Below, piece by piece: positions 51,257 through 60,969 of a stretch of DNA of 64,000 nt. The notes below the pieces were generated by a model. It searched no databases. It was not told the DNA's origin and was given only the letters and a program-made list of their open reading frames with translations. The stretch comes from Candidatus Marinacidobacterales bacterium. Its GTDB lineage: Bacteria > Acidobacteriota > Vicinamibacteria > Marinacidobacterales > SMYC01. The stretch's first letter is position 1. Every line of letters starts with the position of its first letter. The stretch spans positions 1,504,001-1,568,000 of the forward strand of contig CBDCYI010000005.1 in the NCBI GenBank assembly GCA_965224085.1, read 5' to 3'. The translations under genes were made by a program, and so were the position numbers.

Positions 51257-51724
51257 TCAGGGTCGCCGGATCCGCATGCCGCGTCCCGCCTCTTCGGGAA
51301 CAGGAAGCTCGCGATGCTCTTCGCGCAGATTGGAGAGCGCTCGAAAGACGTCGTCGGGAAGCTTCGCGGAGCGCCTGTCGCCCATGTCGATGAATATCGA
51401 AAGATGCTCGTTCGTGGCGGCGAGGAAGTGTTCCTCCGCGTGATACATGCGCAGAAAGTAATGCGCCCGCTTCTCGTCGAAATCGAGGAGCTGCAGCGTG
51501 ATGCGGATGGGGTCGCCGAGCCTGAGCTCGTTTTGATAGGTCAAGTGATCTTCGAGCGCGAACATCGATCCCGATTCGCGTGATAGGTAATCCTCGCCGA
51601 GACCGAGAGACTCGAGGAAGCGGTCCGTCGATCGGTCGAAGGCCATGTGGTAATAGGCAACGTTCATGTGGCCGTTATAGTCGATCCACTCGGCCTCGAC
51701 CTTTCCCGTCCAAAGCTCCATCAT
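51257..51724 (-). CDS. Hotdog-fold acyl-CoA thioesterase (4HBT-like)
   Basis: EWIDYNGHMNVAYY, QLLDFDEKRAH. Confidence 0.88.
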   Translation of the reverse strand: MMELWTGKVEAEWIDYNGHMNVAYYHMAFDRSTDRFLESLGLGEDYLSRESGSMFALEDHLTYQNELRLGDPIRITLQLLDFDEKRAHYFLRMYHAEEHFLAATNEHLSIFIDMGDRRSAKLPDDVFRALSNLREEHRELPVPEEAGRGMRIRRP

Positions 51725-51798
51725 TACGCGATTCTATCCGAGCCCGTCACCGTGATAGAAATCGAGAAATCGAGGCGCAAAACTTGGAGGCTCGCTCA

Positions 51799-52259
51799 TT
51801 GAAAAAAGCAATCGGTCGTCGTCAGTTTCTCGGAACCACCGTCGCTCTCGGCGCAAGCACGCGGCTCAACGCAGCACCGAACGGCAATATCGGGCGCGGC
51901 ATGAAAGTCGGCAAAGAAGAAATCATCGCACTCGTCGTCGCACTCGAAGCCTATGTGAAGCGCGACCACGATCAGACATTCGTACGTGGAACGAGAGAGC
52001 GCGGTGGCTGGCAAACGAGCTCCAGAACGTGCCGGGATTGACGGCGGAGTACGCGGTCAACACGAAAGGCTACGGCGATGTCGATCTCAGCTGGGACGAA
52101 AAGGTGATCCCGTTGACGCATGCCGAGCTGCGTCAGCGGCTGATGGCTGGAAGCCCCCGTATGACTTATGACGGGACGACGGTTCGTGTGAGACAAATCA
52201 CAGACGGCGAGGTGCGCGTGGTGGCGCGTCGACTTCGTACGGTTTTCGAGGAACTTTGA
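51799..52259 (+). pseudogene. SelA-like PLP enzyme with a Tat signal; most of the gene is deleted
   Basis: GGAGG RBS; GRRQFL twin-Arg joined directly to IGRGMKVGKEEI; frameshift near 51980. Confidence 0.7.
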
Positions 52260-52364
52260 TGCGCCCGCCCATTAACACCAACAACAAGACACCGTATGGC
52301 ACGGGTCTCGGGATGGGGGCGTGATCTAGTACCGATAGTTAGGCTATAGTCGCGCTCACGAATT

Positions 52365-53378
52365 ATGGGCCAAACGATACTCGTCACCGGCGGAGCCGGG
52401 TTCATCGGCAGCGGCTTCATTCACTACCTCACGACCGCTCATCCTGACTGGTTGATCCTCAATATCGACAAGCTGACTTATGCCGGGAATCTCGAGAACC
52501 TTCGTGAAATCGAGGACCGGCCCAACTATCGTTTCATCCAAGGCGACATTTGTGACCGGGAAACGGTCGAGCCGCTCGTCGCCGAAGCCGATTGGCTCGT
52601 GAACTTCGCGGCGGAAACGCACGTCGATCGTTCGATACACGACGCCGGCGACTTCATCATCACGGATGTATTCGGAACCTACGTCCTGCTCGAAGCGTTT
52701 CGCGCGGCGGATCGCCCCAAGCGTTTTATCCAGATCTCGACCGACGAAGTCTACGGTGCCATCGAAACGGGCTCGGCGCGCGAAACCGACATTCTCGCGC
52801 CGCGCAATCCCTATTCCGCGAGCAAGCTGGGCGCCGATCGCCTCGCTTATTCCTACTTCGTCACCTACGGTGTTCCCGTGATCGTGACGCGGGCATCCAA
52901 TAATTACGGCCCACGTCAATATCCCGAGAAAGTGATCCCGCTCTTCGTGACGAACGCCCTCGAAGACCGTCCACTGCCACTATACGGAGACGGCCTGCAA
53001 ATGCGCGACTGGCTCCACGTCGACGACCACTGTCGCGCGATCGACCTAGTGCTCGAGCACGGTATCGACGGCGAAACCTACAATATCGGCGGCGGGCACG
53101 AGCTCACCAACCTGGAGCTCACGAAGACCATCCTTGCACTTCTTGGAAAACCCGAAAGCCTCATCGAGCCCGTCACCGATCGCCCGGGCCACGACCGGCG
53201 CTATAGCGTGGACACCGAAAAGCTGTGCGGTCTCGGATGGAATCCGGAGATACCCTTCGCGAGCGGCCTCGAGGGCACGGTTCGGTGGTATCGCGAGAAC
53301 CCGGAATGGTGGCAGGCGATCAAGAACAAAAGCAAGGAGTATCATGAATTTCAGAAAAAGCACTACGGCACATCCTAG
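52365..53378 (+). CDS. rfbB: dTDP-glucose 4,6-dehydratase
   Basis: VTGGAGFIGS, DKLTYAGN, AAETHVDRSI, STDEVYG, YSASK, DRPGHDRRY. Confidence 0.96.
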   Translation: MGQTILVTGGAGFIGSGFIHYLTTAHPDWLILNIDKLTYAGNLENLREIEDRPNYRFIQGDICDRETVEPLVAEADWLVNFAAETHVDRSIHDAGDFIITDVFGTYVLLEAFRAADRPKRFIQISTDEVYGAIETGSARETDILAPRNPYSASKLGADRLAYSYFVTYGVPVIVTRASNNYGPRQYPEKVIPLFVTNALEDRPLPLYGDGLQMRDWLHVDDHCRAIDLVLEHGIDGETYNIGGGHELTNLELTKTILALLGKPESLIEPVTDRPGHDRRYSVDTEKLCGLGWNPEIPFASGLEGTVRWYRENPEWWQAIKNKSKEYHEFQKKHYGTS

Positions 53379-53977
53379 CGTCGCAACCGCCGCTTTGTTG
53401 ATGATCGCATCAACTCTCACGCTCTCATGCTCGTCCCGCAGCGAGCTCTTCGGTACGTGGAGAGAGCCGGACGCATCCCCAGGCCCCTACCGCCGCGTCG
53501 TCGCCATAGCACTCGCTCGCGACGAGAGCACGCGCCGCGTCGCCGAAGACGAGTTCACACGCCGCCTTCCCAAAAGCACGGTAGGCTTCAAGTCCTACGA
53601 GATCGTGCCGAAAGAAGATGAAGGCGACGTCGACAAAGTCTTGGCCAAGCTACGGGCGGAAGGCATCGACGGCGCCGCGGTCATGCGGCTCATCGAGGAG
53701 AACAACAGCGTCGCCTATGACCCAGGCTCATTCTCGCGACCCTACAACACGTTTCACGACTACTACGGCGGGGTTTGGGCATCTTAATTACGACCCGGGT
53801 TATCTGACGACCGAGATTGCGGTGCGCGTCGAGACCGCGTTCTATTCCGTGGCTGACGCCAAGCTCGTCTGGACGGGCTACAGCCAAACGATGAACCCGA
53901 AATCTTCACGCGTCGTCATCGACGACGTCGCCCGCCTCGTGGTCCAAGAACTGAAGCGCGAGCAGATTGTTCGGTAA
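53344..53977 (+). CDS. Lipoprotein (DUF4136-like), frameshift near 53775
   Basis: Lipobox TLSC; RRVAEDEF; continuation YDPGY..VET..KLVWTG in another frame; start uncertain. Confidence 0.65.
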
Positions 53978-54000
53978 TCAGCGGTCAGCAGAATGCTGAT

Positions 54001-54903
54001 CTAATATCTCCAGCTGAGCGTGTTGGCTAGTCGCTCGCCGCCTTTCAGGGTGACGGTCGCCGTCAAGACAACGGCGCCTTGTTCGTGGGCGGGCGTCCAT
54101 CGTCCCCCAACAGAATAGAGCACGGCGCTTTCACGCGCGCCGACATGGGCGATATCGAGGGGCACGCCGCCGCCCGTTTTCTTGCCCGCGAAGGACCAGT
54201 CGAGACGCAGGCTCGTCGCGTCCAAAGCACGGTTGCTGCGATTTACGAGACGGACCTCGAGCTCGTAACTTTGGCCTAGCGCGACTTTGTCCGGGCTCAG
54301 CTCGACCAGAAGATGGGCGGGGCTGGCAGGAAGCGCGGTGGCCCGGTGAACCTTTTCGTCTTCGACGACGAAGCCGGGGACTTCGCTCCATGCCGCCGTC
54401 GGGTCTTCGAATCTTGTTTCGCCGAGCCGAAACCGCTTCTCCGGGCTTTCGATGCGTTGGCTCGACTCGGACGGGGACCGCTCCTCGATAGCGTCGAGCA
54501 GATCCTCACGTTGTGTAGCGAGCTCGGACCAAAGAGCCTGATTGGCCTCGCGAAGCGCCGCGAGCTCTTTTTTGGGGTCGCGGATGGAGGCGATCTTGCG
54601 GTTGGCTTCCTTAATGGCCGTGAGATCCCGGGTGGCGGCGTTTCGAATCGCCGTCAGCTCTCGCTGCTGCCGAGTAAGGTCGAGCGACAGCGCTCGCGTC
54701 CTCGTGTGCGAGTCTTCGTTCACCGCCGAAACGTCGCGCTGCAGCTGCCACATCTGATCGCCGAGTCGCCAGCCGTAAAAACCGACCAACCCCACGGAAA
54801 CGAGCGCGCTCAGACCGATCACAGACAGCGCAGCCACGAGATAGACGTGATTCCGCCGCAGCTGCTCCCTAAGCTCCTCGAGTTCTTGCTCTAGTTTGCT
54901 CAG
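54001..54903 (-). CDS. Hypothetical membrane-anchored coiled-coil protein
   Basis: Frame open from about 54903; one TM segment, coiled coil, beta-rich C-terminal domain; start uncertain. Confidence 0.6.
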   Translation of the reverse strand: MSKLEQELEELREQLRRNHVYLVAALSVIGLSALVSVGLVGFYGWRLGDQMWQLQRDVSAVNEDSHTRTRALSLDLTRQQRELTAIRNAATRDLTAIKEANRKIASIRDPKKELAALREANQALWSELATQREDLLDAIEERSPSESSQRIESPEKRFRLGETRFEDPTAAWSEVPGFVVEDEKVHRATALPASPAHLLVELSPDKVALGQSYELEVRLVNRSNRALDATSLRLDWSFAGKKTGGGVPLDIAHVGARESAVLYSVGGRWTPAHEQGAVVLTATVTLKGGERLANTLSWRY

Positions 54904-55214
54904 AATATGGCTCCGGGTTCGGTTCGGTCTAAAGGGCTTAGGGGTATTGTGGAAGTTTCAGTTTCTGGTTGCAAGCTTCTGTCGGAAGGTCCGCCTTGCT
55001 GCTGCCGGCTACCTGATACCCGGCGCTCCTGTCTCTAGATATGGAACGTCGTCGAGCGCTGCCCGAAGCTCGGCCCCGTCGGCCGCCCGAAGTATCGCGA
55101 CCGCACCATTCGTCGAACCAGAGCGGTAGCTCGCGACGAGCGCGAGATAATCGCTGGGCGTGAGCGCCAGAAGATACGCCCTTTCATGGGAGAACCGACT
55201 CGGGCAGCTTCACG

Positions 55215-55379
55215 CTAGTCCCCTGGAACAGAGGTTCGTGGCCTAAGGCTCGAGGTCATTTTGTGGGCTGGCAAGGCGTGACGACGAAGTCATATTGGGA
55301 TATTTCGAGGAGAAACAACGCAGCCAGCGCGCAAAAGAGCCCGAGATTTAGGTTACGAATCTCTGTTCCAGGGGACTAG
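55215..55379. mobile_element. MITE (165 bp including CTAG at both ends)
   Basis: About 38-bp imperfect TIRs CTAGTCCCCTGGAACAGAG(G/A)TTCGT(GG/AA)CCTAA; no ORF; sits in the 3' end of the esterase gene. Confidence 0.85.
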
Positions 55380-56099
55380 CTCATCGAGATATTGCGGGAA
55401 CATCTTCCGCCACGTGACCCAGTCGTGGTGCCATTGCTTGCCCCAAGAATCGACACGGTTCGGAATGCCTTTCGCGCCCAGGAGTTTCGCCATCCCCCAA
55501 GACTCCTCGATGTCTTCGGCCTCACCTTCCCCGGAAGCCAAAAGCACGAAACGCGACCTGAGCTTCTCCAGAAGCTCTCCTTCGAGCCCAGGAAGGAAAT
55601 GAAGCGGCGAGGAGAAATGCCAGTCCTCGGTAGCCTCGGCCCGCAAGAAGCGGTCGAGATTGTAGGTCCCGCTCAAACACACGGCATGGGTGAACGCGTC
55701 CGGGTAGCGGGCCAAAGCCGCTAATGCGTTGAACGCGCCAATGGAAGATCCCGCAGTGATGATACCGATATCATTCGACTGACAGTCTTTCCGGATCGCG
55801 GGGACGAGCTCGTGATACACAAACTGCTCAAACTGATTCTGAACCCGCATGCGGTACGCCGGCGTTCCCTCTTCCATCAACAGCGACTGCCCCGCAACGC
55901 TTTCGCAGGAAAAAATCTTCACACGACCAGCTTCAAGAAGAGGTCCTATAGCGTCTATGACGTGGAAGCGTTCGATCTCCTCGGCATCACCGCCCGCTGT
56001 CGGGAACAGGAGCACCGGCGTTCCCATCTCGCCCCAGCGCACAACACCCACGTCGGTACCGAGGCGCTGTGAGTGCCAGACGGTCTTCTGCTTCGTCAC
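55353..56099 (-). CDS. Putative esterase (alpha/beta hydrolase)
   Basis: GTPVLLFPTAGG, GSSIG nucleophile elbow, HDWVTWR. Confidence 0.88.
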   Translation of the reverse strand: MTKQKTVWHSQRLGTDVGVVRWGEMGTPVLLFPTAGGDAEEIERFHVIDAIGPLLEAGRVKIFSCESVAGQSLLMEEGTPAYRMRVQNQFEQFVYHELVPAIRKDCQSNDIGIITAGSSIGAFNALAALARYPDAFTHAVCLSGTYNLDRFLRAEATEDWHFSSPLHFLPGLEGELLEKLRSRFVLLASGEGEAEDIEESWGMAKLLGAKGIPNRVDSWGKQWHHDWVTWRKMFPQYLDELVPWNRDS

Positions 56100-57266
56100 C
56101 TATTCGTAAACCATCCAAAGCGGTCCGGGAAAGAGCCATGAAAGCCCCTCGCGCAGGCGATCCCGCCAATTCTCCCAGTTGTGCCCATCCCGAGCTTCGA
56201 CATAGCGGACCTCCATTCCCGTCTTTTGCAGGAACGGAACGATCGATCGATTCTCGTAGATATTCGCTTCATAGGTCCCGCAGCTGATGAAGACTTTCTC
56301 GCTCACGGATTTAGGCTCCGCGCGATAGGCGTTCATGAACTCGACCACAGGATCGAAGGCCGGACCACGCTGATGCTCGCCGATGTCGCTGAACGCGAAC
56401 GAGCCCGATTGCAGCAGAAGACGTCCGTAAAAACCGGGATACCGCCAGGCTGTCGAGAGCGAAGCTACCGCGCCGAAGCTAGCGCCCATGAGTCCGCGAT
56501 AGCGCGGCTGGTTGAGAAGCGGAAGCTCCGATTCGAGAAACGGGACGAGCTCCTCCGTGAGGTAGCGAGCGTGGGGTTGATGGTTCGCGTATTCGGCCAA
56601 GCGTTTTTCCGGATGGGTGAGCGCCACGATCATGCCCGGGATCTCGAGCCGATAAATCAAGTTGTCGAGCACCGTCTTCATGCCCGAATATCTCAGATAT
56701 TCCGGTCCATCATGGACGAGCAGCAACGGATAGCGCCGCGTTGTCCGGAATCGCGCCGGCAAATAGAGCATCACTTTTCTCGCACTACCGAGCGCCGGGC
56801 TCTCGAAAACCATTTCTTTGAGCGTACCCGGGCGCGCCTCCGGGTCTGGCTGGGCCCATTCCGGTATCTCGTATCCCGCTGTATGGCACACCGAGTTCTC
56901 GCCGAACGGATCCGAGGCTTTGTGACTGTTCAGCGGATCGAGCAGCCATTCCATTTTTCCGTGATGAGTTCTCTGGAGCTTGTACTCGATACGTGAGTCC
57001 GGAGGGAGTTCCATGACGAGATACCACAGGTCGGTTCCGACGACGTGCTTGAACTGCTGGGACGAAGGAAGACCGTAGATCCAATGTCCTAGATAGACGG
57101 CTTCCGCAGGTCCTCGGTAGACGAACGTCGTGTAGGAGCCTTCGACGAGGGGAAACTCGTGCGACTCAATGAACGCGTCGATCTCCCCGCGCGTCGGTTT
57201 CTTGTCAGAGACGTCGTGGATCGCGAGCTCCCGCTCGGTGATATCCTCTCGCTCTCGCGTTACCAC
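56100..57266 (-). CDS. Fes-like esterase with an N-terminal Ig/CBM48-like domain
   Basis: TFVYRG..LWY..EYKL..DPLN..FGENS N-domain; VMLYLP, YPLLLVHDG, GASFG, GHNWENWR. Confidence 0.88.
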   Translation of the reverse strand: MVTREREDITERELAIHDVSDKKPTRGEIDAFIESHEFPLVEGSYTTFVYRGPAEAVYLGHWIYGLPSSQQFKHVVGTDLWYLVMELPPDSRIEYKLQRTHHGKMEWLLDPLNSHKASDPFGENSVCHTAGYEIPEWAQPDPEARPGTLKEMVFESPALGSARKVMLYLPARFRTTRRYPLLLVHDGPEYLRYSGMKTVLDNLIYRLEIPGMIVALTHPEKRLAEYANHQPHARYLTEELVPFLESELPLLNQPRYRGLMGASFGAVASLSTAWRYPGFYGRLLLQSGSFAFSDIGEHQRGPAFDPVVEFMNAYRAEPKSVSEKVFISCGTYEANIYENRSIVPFLQKTGMEVRYVEARDGHNWENWRDRLREGLSWLFPGPLWMVYE

Positions 57267-58204
57267 GATGTCACTTTCTCCACGGTGCCGTTGGGGCTGA
57301 GACGAAGCACTTCTTTTTTCGCCGAGAACGTCTCGCCATCGAACGCGATGCAGTCGCCGTCCCCCATGACGACGCAATAATCGGGAAGAAACCGGCTCGC
57401 GAACGAGGCGACCCCATCCTCCTCACTCAAATCGAGACGTTTTTTGCCATCGGGAAGCGCCACGAGTCGCGGGCAGAGACCGAGCCCCTCCTCCAAGACC
57501 TCGGCATTGCCTGGGCCTTGCGGGGGATGGTCGTGAAAGAGGACCACCCGCTCAGTGAGCACCATAGCGCCCGCCGACCACGCGACGATCGTCTTGCCTT
57601 GCGCAAGCTCTTGCATCCCGAACAGACGAAGCCGGTTGAGAAGAACCGCAACATGTCCTCCGGTGATCACTAGCGCAGGCGCGCCTTTGAGAATCGTGCG
57701 TATCTCCTCGCGCTCGCGTGCGATCGCTTCCCGCTCGAGAGGCTTCCACGTCGTCTCGAACTCTCCTCGAATATCGAGAATGCGCTTCAAATGCCAGACG
57801 TCGAGCTCTCGCAGTTGCTCGATCGCATGTTCTTGTTCCGGACGCAGTAGCTCTTCGTGCCCTTCGGCCTTTAGAAGGCGCCTAACGCTCTCGACGACAT
57901 ACGAAAGGCGCAAGTCGTAAAGCCCTTCGATCTCCCGCAGCTTGCGCTGCATCTCACGATGAGCCTCACGGAATTTCGGGTCGTCCCGGAATACCCGATC
58001 GGCGCGGCGGTAGAGTTCGAGATCCAGTGAGCGGCCGCCGAGATACCCGTCGAGCTCTTCGTCCTCGCCTTCACGCTCTTGCCAACCGGCAGTCACGACG
58101 GCGATCGGGCCGTCGGGTAGATCGAGCTTCTCGTAGAGTTCGCCTAGAGTCGGCCTGTGGTATTGCGGCCCCAAGAGCCAGACCGTGCGGTTTTTGGATG
58201 TCAC
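57260..58204 (-). CDS. Peptidase S51/cyanophycinase-like class I GATase-fold protein
   Basis: VTAGWQERE, TGGHV, WSAGAM nucleophile motif. Confidence 0.75.
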   Translation of the reverse strand: MTSKNRTVWLLGPQYHRPTLGELYEKLDLPDGPIAVVTAGWQEREGEDEELDGYLGGRSLDLELYRRADRVFRDDPKFREAHREMQRKLREIEGLYDLRLSYVVESVRRLLKAEGHEELLRPEQEHAIEQLRELDVWHLKRILDIRGEFETTWKPLEREAIAREREEIRTILKGAPALVITGGHVAVLLNRLRLFGMQELAQGKTIVAWSAGAMVLTERVVLFHDHPPQGPGNAEVLEEGLGLCPRLVALPDGKKRLDLSEEDGVASFASRFLPDYCVVMGDGDCIAFDGETFSAKKEVLRLSPNGTVEKVTSW

Positions 58205-59424
58205 TCTGCTCGGACCTTCACGGTTTCGCCGACGCGGTTCAACATTTGGCGGAGCTCATCGAATTTCGGATGGCGCATGCGGATCCACGCATTCGCCATA
58301 TAGCCGGCCTCGACGGGCTGGGTCGGTTCTCCCGCACGCGGAAGATGATAGTCGATGATCCACTGACCGAGCTCGCTCTCGATCGAGGCGATGCCCTCGT
58401 AGCCGATGATCCTTCCATCTCGTTCGGGACGCAGCGTGATGATACCGGCCGCGTAGGCACGCGACGCCTTCTGGCTCGTGCTCTTGGCTGTGACGGCGAC
58501 GGCCCACTCGCGATAGAGGTCCATCTCGTTGCCGACACTATAGAGATCCCAGGCGCCGACACCTGGCGGCCGGCAGCCGATCTCCGAGAACTTGAGACCC
58601 TTTGGCCCGAAAAACCACTCCATGTGGGTCGACGAGGTTTCGATCCCGAGCAGCGAGATGACTTTCTTGCCCATCTCCCGCACTTGCTTGTAGTCAGGGG
58701 CGGTATCCACTTGATTCGTCGCGATGAACTGCGGCGAGATCCAACGCTCGCGCATCGCTTCGAGAACATTCGGGTAGTAGTGTGAGATGAAGTCGTGAGC
58801 CACTTCACCATCGATGGTGATGGTGTCGTAAAAGCCCTCATGGCCCTCGATGAACTCCTCGACCGCCACGCTCGCGCCTTGATCCACTCCCATCTCGTGG
58901 AGCGCAGCGTCGAGCGCGTCGTCGTTATCGGCACGGGCGGTGCCGGCCGCACCCGCCCCGCTCGGCGGTTTAATGATAACGGGATAGCCCACGGCCGCAA
59001 CGAAATCGCGAATTTCCGATCGGGAGCTGCTGCCCATCGATGGCGCGCAAGCAATGCCACCCTCGCGAAGGACTTGTTTCATCGCGGGCTTGTCGCGGCA
59101 CAAGAAGGCTGTCTTCGTGGACGTCCCCGCGATAGCGCACGCCTCCCGCACATGGGCGGCAGGCAAGATATGCGCCTCGATCGTCGCTTCGAGCCGATCG
59201 ATGGGGAGCTTCGATTGAAGCCAGCGAACCTTCTCAGAAACAGCGCCCTCGTCCACGACCGACGGCACTTGCTCGTAGTGGGTCAACCAGCGCCGGAGCT
59301 CGTCATCGAGCGCTTCTTTCGGGCGCTCGCCAACGCCGGTAACGGTTGCGCCGACTTCGTGGAGGGCTCGGGCGAACTCCCGCTGGTTCTTGGGAAAGCA
59401 AGGCTCGATAAGAACGACATGCAC
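58201..59424 (-). CDS. ATP-grasp ligase A
   Basis: RDKPAMK, YPVIIKP..GAG, EEFIEGHE, THMEWF, SEIGCRPPG. Confidence 0.9.
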   Translation of the reverse strand: MHVVLIEPCFPKNQREFARALHEVGATVTGVGERPKEALDDELRRWLTHYEQVPSVVDEGAVSEKVRWLQSKLPIDRLEATIEAHILPAAHVREACAIAGTSTKTAFLCRDKPAMKQVLREGGIACAPSMGSSSRSEIRDFVAAVGYPVIIKPPSGAGAAGTARADNDDALDAALHEMGVDQGASVAVEEFIEGHEGFYDTITIDGEVAHDFISHYYPNVLEAMRERWISPQFIATNQVDTAPDYKQVREMGKKVISLLGIETSSTHMEWFFGPKGLKFSEIGCRPPGVGAWDLYSVGNEMDLYREWAVAVTAKSTSQKASRAYAAGIITLRPERDGRIIGYEGIASIESELGQWIIDYHLPRAGEPTQPVEAGYMANAWIRMRHPKFDELRQMLNRVGETVKVRAE

Positions 59425-59528
59425 GGCGGCGCCCCACTACAGAGTAGAAGAAGCGCCAATCTATCAGGAACTAGTGACGTTTGGCGACAACCCGCGCGAC
59501 GCTTTATTCCCCGAGCTCTTGAAGCACT

Positions 59529-60944
59529 CTATGGGCCCGAGAGTCGCCGATAGATCGCTACATAGGTCTCAGCCTGGCGTTCCCAGGAAAAATCCTGCGC
59601 CATCCCGTTCGCGACGAGCCGGCGCCAGGACGGGCGGTCACGGTAGAGCTCGAGTGCAGCACCGAGGGCCCAGCGGACACCGTCGGGCTTGTAGTGCTCG
59701 AACACGATTCCCGTGCCCTCGCCGGTAGCGGGATCGAAGAGCTTCACGCTATCAGCAAGACCGCCCGTCTTGCGAACGATAGGAACCGTCCCATATTTGA
59801 GGCTGTACATCTGGTTGAGACCACAGGGCTCGTAGCGGGAAGGCATGAGAAACATGTCCGCCGCCGCCTCGATCCAATGCGCGAGCGGGTTGTGAAAGCC
59901 ACGATAGAAACAGAGGCGATCGGGGTAGTCTCTTTGGAGCGAGGCAAAAAACTCTTCGTATGGCGCCTCGCCGGTGCCGAGGACGACGAGTGACCAGGAC
60001 TCGCGTGACAAGAGCTCGGGAAGAGTCTCGACGAGCAAGTCGAGGCCTTTTTGCGCGGACAAGCGCGTCACCATGCCGACGAGCGGCACATCCTCCGGTT
60101 GCGAAAGGCTCAACTCCTTCAAAAGAGCTTTTTTGTTCTGGTTCTTTCCGTCGAGATTCTTTTCCGTGTAGCGGAACGGAATGAGCGTGTCATTCGCGGG
60201 GCTCCACGTTTCGTAGTCCACGCCGTTCAGAATCCCGACGAGCGCAGCGCGTCGACGTCGCAGGAGCGCATCGAGACCGTATCCTTGCTCGGGGGTCTGG
60301 ATCTCCTCGGCATATGTCGGGCTCACGGTGGAAAGATGATCCGCGTGCACGAGCCCGGTCTTGAGGAAATTGACGATACCGTCCTTTGAATCCCGGGCGT
60401 CGAACGACGACGGGCCTTCGATGCCAATGGCTTTCACGATTTCCGCGAAAAAAACACCTTGGTAGGCGAGGTTGTGTATCGTGAAGAGCGTCTTCGCCTT
60501 GTCAAAGAGGCTCGATGCGGCCCTCTTCAAAAGCAGGGGCACGAGCGCCGTTTGCCAATCGTTCAGATGAAAAATCTCCGGCGCAAAGGCCAAATGGTGG
60601 CAGGCCTCGAGCACCGCACGGCAAAAAAACAAGAAGCGGAACGGCTCGTCCTCGTCGTTCGTATATATGGCCTCTCGTGCGAAAAATCGAGGAGCATCAA
60701 TGAAGTAGACCGGCACGCTGGATCGCGGGAGCATCCCCTTTCTGAGCGCGAAGCCCTCCGTGCTTACTTCGACGGGTTCGAGTCCGTGCGCGGCGCCATC
60801 GATGCTGCCATAGAGCGGCACGAAAACACGCACGTCGTGTCCGAGCTTCCCGAGCGTTCGGGGAAGCGCCTCAGCCACATCGGCGAGGCCGCCTGTCTTC
60901 GCGAAGGGCGTGAGCTCCGACGCGAGAAAAGCGATCCGGAGCAT
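59529..60944 (-). CDS. glgA: Glycogen synthase (GT5)
   Basis: KTGGLADV, HLNDWQT, TIHNLAYQG, TVSPTYA, MPSRYEPCGLNQMY, TGGLAD. Confidence 0.96.
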   Translation of the reverse strand: MLRIAFLASELTPFAKTGGLADVAEALPRTLGKLGHDVRVFVPLYGSIDGAAHGLEPVEVSTEGFALRKGMLPRSSVPVYFIDAPRFFAREAIYTNDEDEPFRFLFFCRAVLEACHHLAFAPEIFHLNDWQTALVPLLLKRAASSLFDKAKTLFTIHNLAYQGVFFAEIVKAIGIEGPSSFDARDSKDGIVNFLKTGLVHADHLSTVSPTYAEEIQTPEQGYGLDALLRRRRAALVGILNGVDYETWSPANDTLIPFRYTEKNLDGKNQNKKALLKELSLSQPEDVPLVGMVTRLSAQKGLDLLVETLPELLSRESWSLVVLGTGEAPYEEFFASLQRDYPDRLCFYRGFHNPLAHWIEAAADMFLMPSRYEPCGLNQMYSLKYGTVPIVRKTGGLADSVKLFDPATGEGTGIVFEHYKPDGVRWALGAALELYRDRPSWRRLVANGMAQDFSWERQAETYVAIYRRLSGP

Positions 60945-60969
60945 GAGAGGGATTATAATCCCTCCCATG
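60942..60969. promoter_or_regulatory. Symmetric bidirectional -10 promoter with probable leaderless starts
   Basis: CATGAGAGGGATTATAATCCCTCCCATG; perfect 18-bp palindrome 60947-60964; TATAAT on each strand lies 7 nt before an ATG. Confidence 0.8.

Noticed and set aside
51799-52259. SelA-like gene plus selD as evidence of a selenocysteine system
   Set aside because: The remnant has a Tat signal and resembles SelA-like PLP paralogs; no selB, tRNA-Sec or UGA-containing gene was seen
55008-55187. Possible short minus-strand gene fragment (LALTPSDYLALVASYRSG...)
   Set aside because: It needs a frameshift and matches no family I recognise
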